In this document: positions 49,038-61,110 of the stretch, in pieces | How positions within the stretch are numbered: the first letter of the stretch is position 1 | How the letters are laid out: the number at the start of each line of letters is the position of its first letter | Origin: the human T2T-CHM13v2.0 reference genome, Homo sapiens | Assembly (NCBI RefSeq): GCF_009914755.1 | Contig: NC_060943.1 | Direction: 5' to 3' (one strand) | Length of the DNA stretch: 64,000 nt | Position numbers and translations under genes: made by a program | Notes under the pieces: model-generated | Seen by the model: the letters and a program-made list of their open reading frames with translations, nothing else | What the model was told of the DNA's origin: nothing | Databases searched by the model: none

Positions 49038-52000
49038 CTGGGAGCAAAAAAGACAATTTTCCTTCAATGTGAATAAAGGCTGCATCACACAGCAGGAAGG
49101 GCGGGCAGGGGTCAGAGGCTGGAGCTGGCTCAGCTTGCAGCAGCTCCTGCGCCTGGGAGGAAGATGGGGAGAGCAGGCACCTGCTTCTGGGTTCTGCTCA
49201 ACAAAACCGGCTCTCCGGCTGACGGAAGGGAAGTGAGAGTGGACTAGGTGCCATGTGACTTTGCAGGGAGCTCTACAGTGTATGAGAAGCAGGACCCTCG
49301 TTTCCAAAACTATGGGCTGCCTGGCAAGGAGCTACTTGGCTTACGGGCCTTGGTGATCAAGGGACAGGGACGATCATGCAAAATATTAAAACCCCTTCAG
49401 GATCTCAAAAATACTGAAGTGGGGGAGCTGGCCATCAGCACCATTTCTGTGCTTTAGGAAAGAGGGAGGTGGCTGGAACCCCAAAGTTAGGGAGAAACCA
49501 GGGAGGCCAGGGTCAAGGGCTTCTGCCTCTCGCCGGGGTCAAGGGCTTCTGCCTCTCACTACAGTTCTTCTAGCACTTTCCATTTGTTCTGCTTACACCC
49601 AGGATCCAGAAAGTGCTTTCCCACCTCGGTGAGTGCAAGTGTGGGGTGACATGGACACTGAGAGCTGGTTTTTGCATCAGTGGCAGGCGGGTAGTTCAGA
49701 TGAAGGAGGGGGGCAAATCCACAGAGCCCCTCAGCCTAGGATTCTCCCAGGTGCATCCTCAACACCCCAGGCAAGGGCTCATTTGGAAAGCTGCCAAGGT
49801 GAGAGCAGCCGGTTCCAGAAGTCTTCCTCCCCACAGTACAACACCCAGCATCCTTTAAGGTGGTTCCTGGGACTCCAGCAGGGCTTCCATGGGCTGAGAG
49901 CTCTGTGGCCGTAACTCCAAGACTTTTCTTGAGAAATGGGTTAAACACCTGGTGTCCTAAAACAGACTCCAGTCCCCAAACCTCCCTCTTGGCATCGTCC
50001 AACGACATGGAGCCATTTCTCGCACTCGGTGACCTACATGACTACAGGGCTGCCCCGTCTCCCCGTGGACGTGGCTGTGCTTCTTCTTGGGTGTGAAGTG
50101 GCTGACCTCTTTAGACGGGGTTTGGGCACTACTTAAAAAGCAGTGATCCGGGAGGAGGAAAGGAGCTACAGAAAGAGGATGTAAGAGAATGTACACAAAT
50201 TCCTAGGAAAGCAAAAGCAATCTTCACTCAAAAGTAATCAAGGGGACACTGTCGCCTCTTCGTATCCAGGGCAGAGCCACGGACCAGCCGCTCTCTAAAC
50301 CTGGCTCTCTAAACCTGCACAGGGCACCGTGGTTCGTCCAGCCACCCATGTCTGTTGCTACTTGATGGTGAGAGACTTAACACCTCACAAGAGAAAAATT
50401 AAACCCAGAGCTCTGTGGGGGACTGCCTATCTCTAATTAGAACCACTTGAATTTTTTGTAATCCCTGCTTTTGAAATGTAAATATTCAAACATCCTCATG
50501 GTAATTCAAAATGCTAAACAGGAGGACCAAGAAGTAAGTCATAAACATGGAAACCAAGACATCAAAACAGGATCAAATTCGTCATCTTTGGTTAAGATGA
50601 ATGATTTGTATAAGTGTTGAGAAGTATTACATCACTTCCTCTCTCAGATGGGAGAATTAACAATGTCATTCCAGCATTTTCTACTCAGGTCCTAGCATTT
50701 CTCCTGGGCAGGAATCGTAAGCTCTAAAGAACTAAGGTGAAGCCTGGAGTTTTTCAACATGTCTGGTAAAATCAGACATCAAGAGTTTGCCAGCCTTTGA
50801 CCTCATCCTAAAATACACATGGCTGGCAAAAACCACGTGCACCAGGGCTAAGCTCATCACACCAACGGTAAGCCTCAAAAGCAGGTCTAAACACCCTACG
50901 ACCACATTTTCAGTGATACTGTACTTTCTGCTAAATAGCATTTCTGTAACTGCCTTCTTTTTACCAAATGGCCATTATTCTGCTAGTACAACCTCAAAGC
51001 CTCCCCACTTCAGATTAACAAATGCTCTGGAGAGAGAGCAACTGAAAGAAATGTTTAGTCTTTACAAAGAATGGAACAGCCTACATAAGGATATTTAAAT
51101 TCTCTTCACATTAAAAAGAAAAAGAAAGAACTCTATCTCCATCCAAGGCAGTTAAGAAAGAAAGGTTTCATTTTTGCCCCGGAAACAATGGTGCATGTAA
51201 ACGCAGGCGTTTCGATGAGACAGCACGCCCCTCCCCAGGAAGCGCAGGCATGGGAAGGGAGTAACATCCCTGTGCTGCCAATCTGACCATGGCTTCGTTT
51301 TAGGCCCTAGGACTACAATTAAAACCACACATGGCTTTTTCTATCCTGGAACGATAGGATTTGGCAACCTCACCCAAGGCTAAGTGATGCCACCGGCACC
51401 CACACGCAGGCCACGGTCCCAATCCGTAGTGTGCTGAAGTGCAATCTGACACATCAACGGGACCCACAGAAAACCGCTGTGTGGCTTTGCCACTGAACAA
51501 AAACAAAAAATTCCTCGGCTGGCAGCTTCATGTCTTTCTTTTCAACTCCAAATCATGCTGAATCATGATTCAGCAATAAAACCTGAGCATACAGAGCTGT
51601 CTCCTTTGAATGGCGTGAGAGGGATGGTGGAGACGAAGGGGCTCTTTTACTTGCACCCCATCGGGTGTGGTCTGAGATCTCGTTTACTGAAAGGTAAGTC
51701 AGCTGGTCCCACAGTTGATGAGACTTCTTGATCTTTGAGGATCAAGAAGTTGTTAAAGTCACTATAAGTGACATCTGAGGGGCAATTAGGACAATTTAAA
51801 ACATGGACTATATACTGGAGGATATTACTGAATTAACATTTTCGTAGGAGTAACATGGTGGTAAGGCCATGCAGGAGAATGGCCTCATCCCTATGAGACA
51901 CCCGTGGAAGAATTTAGGGCAGAAATGTCACATGGGCTTAACTTCCGGTATGAGAGGTGAGGGCAGCAATGCTAACAGAGAGGGCAGGGGCAGGATACCC

Positions 52001-52559
52001 AAGTGTTTGCAGTGTCACTCTTTTCCAAGGATTTGAAAATTTTCAGAATAAAATGTTGAAGCAAAAAGGGTGGGGCGGGGGGAACCTCCTCGGAAAAACA
52101 ATGGCAGCAGCTCTAAAAGCTCGGTCCCAGCTCGGCTTCTGGAGAGCAAGACAGGGATGGGTTGATGGCCTCCGCAAGAGAGAATGAAACCATAAAGGCT
52201 CTCAAACCCTCACTTCTGACACACACTGCAGCTGCTCCCTGCAGGCCCTGAACCAGAAAGCCAAGGAGAAACAAAGCCAGCCGCCCGCCCTGTGTGTTTA
52301 CTTTCCACCTCACTCCCCAGTGGCAGAAAGGACTCTAGGGCCATGTGGACACTGTCCTCCGACAGCGAAGCAAACACGCTCCTCCTGCTCCTGGCCTCAG
52401 CACAGAGGTTTCCCACATGCCTCTTCAGCGACGGTGCCACAGAAGTGCGAGTGACAGAAGTGGGCAGCCCAACTCCCAAGGCTGGAGGGCAGTTATTTTT
52501 AGAAGTCCATTTAGAATTGGCTGTGAGCCAATATTTTGATAAGAACTATACTTGGCATT

Positions 52560-53640
52560 TTATTTTTAATTTTTATTTTTAATTTTTTTTGAGATGGAGT
52601 CTCACTCTGTCGCCCAGGCTGGAGTGCAGTGGTGCGATCTCAGCTCACTGTAACCTCCAGTCCCGGGTTCAAGCGATTCTCCTGCCTCAGCCTCCTGAGT
52701 AGCTGGGATTACAGGCATCTGCCACCACAGTAGAGATGGGGTTTCACCATGTTGGTCAGGCTGGTTGAACTCCTGACCTTGTGATCTGCCCACCTCGGCC
52801 TCCCAAAGTGCTGGGATTACAGGTGTGAGCCACCGTGTCTGGCCTACTTGCATTTTTAAAAATGCCTTCCTGGCTAGCCTTCTGGTTCAACTCCAACATG
52901 TTTATGTAATTGGCATAGACCCCTTGAAGGTCATACATGCAAATTAGCCTGCAAATCACAAAGCAACAAAACCCCCTCAGCTGTGAAAACAGTACTGACA
53001 CAGCAGCTAGTGACTTTAAAAGCACTTTAAATTCATCTGAGCAAATATTACACATTACTGTTCCATCTTGCTGGTTGCCTTAAAGTCTTCAGATTTAAAG
53101 AATTACTGATTCCTATTGTTTGTTTTAAACCAGGGGTTGGCAAACTGTTTTCTGCAAAGGGTCAGATACTAAATATCTTAAGGCTCTGCAAGCCACACGG
53201 TCTCTGTCCAAATACTACTGCTGTAGCAGCCACAGGCAACCGCAAAGGGGATAGTTGTGGCTCTGTTCTTGTTGGCTCATGCCCACAATCCCAGCACTTT
53301 GGGAGGCTGAGGCAGGAGAAATGATTAAAGCCATAAGTTCGAGACCAGCTTGGGCAACACAGCAAGACACCATCTCTAAAAAAAATTTTTTTTTTTCAAA
53401 TTAGCCAGGTGTGGTGGTGGTGCCTGTAGTCCCAGCTACTCAGAAGGCTGAGGCGGGAGATTGCTTGAAGCCAGGAGTTCAAGACTGCAGTGAATTATGA
53501 TCACGATCCTGCACTCCAGCCTAGGCCAAAGAGTGAGGCTCCGTCTCTCAAAGATAAAAACATAAACAAATAAAACAACAGCAAAAAACAAAACAAAAAA
53601 ACACAGGTGGCAGTGCTGTGCCTTAATTTGCTAACCTTTG
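52560..53640. mobile_element. Internally deleted antisense Alu (52560-52845); MER58-type element (53131-53640) interrupted by a sense Alu (53273-53600)
   Basis: Alu consensus; MER58A-like start caggggttggcaaact...aagggtcagata..aaatat. Confidence 0.8.
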
Positions 53641-54389
53641 TTTTAAACTAAAAATGGTTCAAAAGATAATAAAATGCAAAATTCTAGAAAATCCTGATTT
53701 TACTGAACACCTGAGGAATGACTATAACATCTCCAACATAGCTCTAACACACCCAACTCCTGAGGCTTCACTATTCTCTAAAACTAGAGAAATGCACCAG
53801 TCCTTTCGTACTGATGGAACCTCCAAAAGACAAATCATAAAGCCACGTCATTAAGCTGTACTTGTCAGGGCCCAAGGGAGAGGAGATAGCAGAGGCAGAT
53901 TTATCTTGGAAATACCTGGAGAACCAAAACAAAACTAGAAGAAAGTTTTCATGTTTCTGGATTGCTTCTTCAGCAAAAAAAGTAACAATGGGAAAGTTTC
54001 ATGAGTTAAAGTTACAAGCTTAGTAGATAAGTCCAGGCTAACACACAGGTATCCTGGGAGGGGTGTGCTGGGGGAGGTTTAGAACAACCATTTTCCCCTC
54101 CTCCCCAACCCCTACAAACACACACACCCGATCCCCACAGAGCACTTCAACATTGCTCAGGAAAACCGGGCCACATCAAGATAAATGCTGGCTTTGGGAC
54201 AGGACCTAAGACCAGCAGCTGAGTCCCAGATCATGAGAGCGGCTTCCAGCCTGGGAGCCGGTCACCTGTGAGGGGACAGAAGCCACAGGAGAATGGAGTT
54301 GATGAGATTCTCAAATCCTGTTATTACCAACAAGATGCAGACATCCTCAAAATGCACCGAATTCAGCACAACACTTGGTCACTCTAAAA

Positions 54390-54540
54390 TGTTGCAGCGG
54401 GTATGAGGTGGGGAGTGCCGCCGCTGGGCATCAGTGGGACTGCTGCAGCGGGTATGAGGTGGGGAGTGCCGCCGCTGGGCATCAGTGGGACTGTTGCAGC
54501 GGGTATGAGGTGGGGAGTGCCGTCGCTGGGCATCAGTGGG
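54390..54540. repeat. Minisatellite, 51-bp unit x ~3
   Basis: tgttgcagcgggtatgaggtggggagtgccgccgctgggcatcagtgggac starting at 54390, 54441 and 54492. Confidence 0.96.
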
Positions 54541-55358
54541 GAGGGACCACACATTATTTCTGGATAAACAGTGAGGGTCCCCATGCAAGCTGAGGAGTCA
54601 CTGCCACACAGCACCAACTAACTTCTGACAAAACTCTGACCATCCACACCGATCTGTCAGGGAGAGAAGCCGATGGCTTCAAGGTAAATAGCACCCATCG
54701 TTGTCTTATCACAGAACCCTGTTGCCACACCAATCAGACCTTCCACAGGCTGCCAGCTCATCGCCATGAATCAGGCGAGGTACTTCCAACCACACTGCGA
54801 CCCAGACACCCTGAATCCAAGGGAGAAGCAGCCTCATGGACACGGGATAAATATATAATGCAAACAAATGAACAATTACTCTAAATGCACGTACGCCCAG
54901 CTCGTTAGGGCCAATAAATCCAGGCTTAAAGGTCTTGTTTCCCCTGTAACCACCATTGCTCTCCTCCTTCCCCTCCCTCCCTCCCTCCCTGACTCCCTCC
55001 CCACCTTCCCTCCTCCCTTTGCCCCCTACTGTCCCTCTGCTGTTGGTTTTCCTAAGGTACAGTGGCATTTCTCAAACAAATCATCAGGAATTAGGAAGAA
55101 GCTTTCTAATACTGTTTCAACAAACTGTACTCTCTGAGCCCTTTCCACAACAGACCCATCCTAACCTCTCTCCACGGTAACCTAAAGCCACCAAGCCTTT
55201 TCCCTCCAAGCTCAACGTGAAAGTGTAAAGGCCTCTGCTTAGGTCTCCCCGTCTGTGGGCAGAAGTGGCCTTGGCAATGCGACCTGGAAAAGAGACTCTC
55301 AGTAAAGAGAGAACAAATTAGAGTAACGAAGTGAAGAGAGAACGTACCGGCCCCTTAC

Positions 55359-55414
55359 CTTTTGTCCTTTATCCTTCTGAAACACAAAGACGGGCGGAGC
55401 AATGGCAGGCTTTT
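55359..55414 (-). CDS. RANBP3: RANBP3 exon 2
   Basis: EKPAIAPPVFVFQKDKGQK; 56 nt; strong tttttgcag acceptor and AAG|GTAAG donor. Confidence 0.95.
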
Positions 55415-57379
55415 CTGCAAAAAGAAAAATTAGTTTTTTTCCCCCCAACACTATATGCATACAGTAAACAAAGCTACACTTGTTTGTAATATGTTAAACA
55501 TATATATAAATGAAACTAGTAACTCCAGAGAACATCAAATCACTTAGAACAGCGTCTTGACTCGGATGCCTGGAGGCACAGGTGTGCTGGGTTTGTGAAA
55601 TGCACCCAGAATGATGTGACGTGTGCCCTCTGCTGTATGCATTTATCATCAATAAGGAGTTTTCAAGACTCACTGAGAGCGGGCGTGTAAATGGGAGTGG
55701 GAGAGCAGCGGAGAGTGTGGCAGCGCTATTTGGCGCCATGAACTGTGACCTTGCAGGAATGTGGCACCTCCTGAATTGCAAATGTTAGAGACTAATTTAG
55801 CTTTTTAAAGTTTACAGGCCAGAGGGCAAAAAAAAGGGCCACCGCTCGCGCTGTTTGCAGACAGTTCTGGTAGAAGAATCCTAACGCTCAACCTGGATCT
55901 CTAAGTGAGTGCTGGTTGGGAGGAAAGGATGTCTGGAGTTGCTAGAGGCCTGAGAGTCCATCTTGCACAGCGGCTGAAGGAAGAAACACTCTGGGGTGTT
56001 CTGTCACTTGATGGGACAAGAGCAAGGCGGCCTGTAATGCCCACGCAACACCATCTGTCTCCTACCCAGGGGCAGCCAGATCCACAGCCCTGTGCCACTC
56101 AGCCCCGGAGTGGGTGGCAGCCCAGGAGGCCCTGCTGCCCGCACAGGAAGCACAGATGAGGACTGCCTCGACCCCACGAGGAGGCGCAGACCACACCTGC
56201 CTCATGGCCTTGGGCCTGCATGCACTTTGATGAACTCTGGGGGTGCTCCCAGGGCCTCTTTCACCATTCAGGGCACTGAGGGCCTAGCGTGGAGGCCAAG
56301 CAAGAGCAGCTGTGACTCTGGTGAATGCCTGCTGTGGGCTGCGGGCTGCGCACTGGTGCCTCCGCGTTGAGCAGGGTTTGGGAAGAGCCCTGCCTTCGCA
56401 GGCCCCCCGACCCCGGTCGTGGGGAGCCAGGCATTACCCAGGAAGCATGTGCTGCCCATGATCACGACGAAGGCACTCTGCTTGGGCATTGACCTGGTCT
56501 GCTCTGGAGTCCAGGGGAGGTCCCTGAGAAGAGGGGGCTGTGCTGGGGTCTCAAGAAGAGCTGGAAGGGAGAGCAGCAGCAGCTTGAAGTCACAGCTTGC
56601 GGGGTGATGGGGCCAGGGGCAGGCGGTGGGCATGCTGACTTGCTGGGGAAATGTCATAAAAGGCAAGGGGATGCCTGGGGTTGGTTTAGGTTGAAAGCAA
56701 ACAGTTTGGGGAAGGGAGTGAGAGTGGCTGTGGGGAGACCAGGTGGGTAGTGACTGAGGTGGAGAGAAAGGGACAGCACCAAGATGACCAAACAGACACC
56801 ATCCCACTCCTGCAGACGCAGGACAGACTCTGGTCTTGACCTTGGGGCATCAGTCCACAGCCAGGCAGCCCACTGATGGTGACATTCCCCCCACCATGCT
56901 CCCCGAAGCCTCGGCACACCAGGGTCTGATTCACCGTGTACAGCCAAGGCAAACACTGGAGTGAGTGGCGTGCGCGAGACCCAGGGGCTACAAGGGAGCA
57001 GGGGAGGTCAGAGGGGTCTCCAACCAGACTTCCAGGTTTCCCTAAGCAGACTTCTTGCCAACACAGCACACAGGTGCTGCTTGACAAACGTGAATGAATG
57101 CACCTATGCCAGGCAATAAATGATGTCAAAGGAATGCTGGGGGACTCTGGGACAGAGCAGCAGCGTATCCACACCATGTGTGCCACCAGGATCCTAGAGG
57201 TCTTCCGGTGCCACGCCTGTACCCCACAAGCCCAGCCCTGACCTCTGCATTTGCCTCCCTGCCAGCTGCCAGGTGACAAGATGCACAGGAAGGAGCCAGG
57301 GTTTGAGCCAGCTTGGCACTCTCCAACCCCATTTTCTTTAGGGAGCTACCCACCCCTCGTCCCCCTGTCCCCCAGTTCA

Positions 57380-57740
57380 GATGGAGCCAAGCTCAGCCCC
57401 AGCTCCAGGCCTGACAAGAAGAGTCCCGCATGCATCGTCTAACACATGGCACATGAACAAGGCCAGGCCTTTCGCTGGAGATCCTGGGGCTGCTGAGCTG
57501 CTGGTGAATGACCCTGAGGCTGCCAGCAATCCCATGTCACCGAGAGGGGCCTTGGACCAGAGCCAACCAGAGGTAGCAGAGTCACAGAGGGAGGGGGAAG
57601 ACTAAATCTGGCCTGTGTTCGGCCCTGAGTCAAGCTTGGCCCAAAGCTAACTCTGCCCCCAGACTTTTCAGTGAAGCCAATCAGTGCTGATTTTTGCTTA
57701 AGCCAGTTTGAGCTCGATTTCTGCCCCTTGTCGCTAACAG
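57380..57740. mobile_element. Old MLT1-type LTR remnant
   Basis: 3' end motif tgcttaagccagtttgag...tttctg is typical of MLT1H-K; boundaries approximate. Confidence 0.55.
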
Positions 57741-58602
57741 ACTCTGGCCTGAGAGAGGCGCGGTCCAGCCACTGCAGACTGAATTACACACATGCTGCAC
57801 TCCAGCATCTGTGGAAGAGACCTTGGACAGGCCTCAAAGTGACGCTAAGATGCTTTCTTTCTCTTCACAGCAAGTGTCACTGCCTGATCCACTCCATATT
57901 GATGGGTTTATGGTCTGTCTCACCCATTAAGATATAAACTCCATAAGATCCGAGACTGCTTTGTTCCCCTGGGTACCCCATGGCCTGAGAACAGTACTTG
58001 GCACACTTTATGGATTCAACAAACACTTCATGAAGGGGGAGGGAAGGAGGACATTAGTGAAAATGTGAGGCGAAGACACTTGGTGCCAGGCTAGTAAGGA
58101 AGGGCTAGAAGAGAGAGAACCATTTGGATGGGAGAGGAGTGCGCGCTGGTGTTGAGAACCGTGTCGGTGGATCTGCAGGTGCACGGAAGGGACTGCAGCT
58201 ATTTGAGTAACTATGGGAGGCCTGGGCAGGCTGTGGTGCCAAGGTGCTGCCCGGAGCCTTCTGGACACACGGCAGGGCTGAGGGGCATGGGCCAGGAGAG
58301 GGCCCCTCTGATGGAGCAACCCTGTCCTGTGCCTGGACATGTGACCCAGCTGGAGACAGAGGGAGGCTATGGAAGGGGACGTGAGGGTCAAGCTCTGAAA
58401 GGAGCCACCCAGAGAACAGAAAGCCAGGGTGGAGTCCAATCAGATCCTCCACAATTGCCTCCCATCTCTTGTTCCTGTACCCACCCCTGCCACCATTCAG
58501 CCCTCCTTTCCTTCTCTGCCTCTACTCTCACTCCCTTAGATCTGGCCTCCACAGAGCAGCCAGAAGCACTATCATGAAACACACACTTAAAACTGCAGTG
58601 TT

Positions 58603-59212
<610 letters not shown>

Positions 59213-60719
59213 ACTGCAGTGTCTCCCACAGACTAGAGGCTGAGCACCTTGAGACAGGCCACATCCAGCCACTCACCCTCCACCTCCCACTGTGGTGGCA
59301 CTGAAAAGCCCGCTGTCCCTGCACGTCCCACACTTAGGGTGCACTTCTGGACTTCTGCTTGGTTTAGTCCCACTACCAAGAGCGCGTGGTTCCCCTTGTT
59401 TTCCATGGCCAGTGCTTACTCCTGCACAGACACCATCTCCTTCAGGAAGCTCCCACTGTGAGAGGCGTGCCTGCCCTGCTGCACTCCCTCCCGAGCAGGC
59501 CTTATATCCTGCCACGGGGCACGCGGAGACCACGGCCACAGCAGCTGAAACAGCCTATCACCCAGCGTACACCGCATCAACACCCTGCAATGAGTGTTTG
59601 AACTAGGCCCTCTCTCTGTCATTCATCTACACAACACCAGCTGCTACGTACTCACAAATATTTACTAAGCCCTCATTCTGTGCAGGGCGCCACAGGAAGA
59701 GTGGAGAACAGGAAGCTGAGGGCAGACGCTTCAGGAGAAAACATCTGACTGAAAGGGAGGGGCGTGTTTGCACTTGGTGACCAGGCACTGTGGAGCCCTG
59801 GCACTCCCAGAGGGGTGTGTGGTGACAGCATCTACCCCTAGATGTAAGTTCTAGAAAGTGGGGCCTCGTCTGTTCCGTTTCTCTCTGTATTCTCAGTGCC
59901 AAACACAGAGCCTCACACTTAACAGGCACTCAACCGGCAGTTAGAGGGTGAATGAAATGTCACATGCCGCAAGGACAAGGACCCAGGGAGCCATGGTCAG
60001 GGCTCTCCAGAGGAACGGAACCAAGAGGATACAGCAATAGGAGATGAACTTGGCCCATCTCGGCCCATTGGGACCCCTGCTGATGGCAGGTCTGGCATTC
60101 ATGACTGACCCAGCCACTGCACTAACATGTAGAAATGAGCTTTAGTCACATCTGCACCCAAAACACAGAGCGTCAGTTACTCACGCTGCATTTCTACTCA
60201 GGCCAAAGGTTGATCAACTGCAAATCAGCACGGCTATCGCAAACAGACAAGACACACAAGCCCCATTCCAGGCAGGACCGCCCCACTGCCCCCGACCACC
60301 AGACACACGGGTTGCTGTTCGTAGCCATTCCCTATCACCAGGCTGATTCTGGCTATACCAGTGAGGAAGCAGCGTGTGAACACCGCTACCTCCAACTCAA
60401 GTTTGGGGAATGGACAGGCGGCCAGAAGTAGGGAGGCTTCAACAACCTGCTTCAATTCCTAGCCCAGCTTTTCTTTCACAGGTCAAGGGAAGATCACCAC
60501 TGCAGGTTTCTAGAGACCCACCATGAAGACCTTTAATATTAAAATAGGAGTCAAGTGCAGACTATTTGACCCAGAATCTGTCAACCAAGTGGTTGGGTTT
60601 TTTGTTTTTGTTTTTGGTCCTGTAACATGCTCCCTGTTGAAACCTAGTTTGTAAAAAATGCAGTCTGTCTGGAGATTGACTTTACACATCCGTATATTAA
60701 GAGATTAGAAAACCAATAC

Positions 60720-61110
<391 letters not shown>

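Noticed and set aside
49510-49557. Short tandem duplications (26 bp here; also 23421-23456, 30454-30482, 50291-50317)
   Set aside because: Ordinary slippage duplications in introns with no evident motif of consequence.
54375-54617. ORFs with 17-aa repeats (CCSGYEVGSAAAGHQWD); superficially CRISPR-like or a repeat protein
   Set aside because: Head-to-tail 51-bp minisatellite with no unique spacers; the repeats in translation are automatic.
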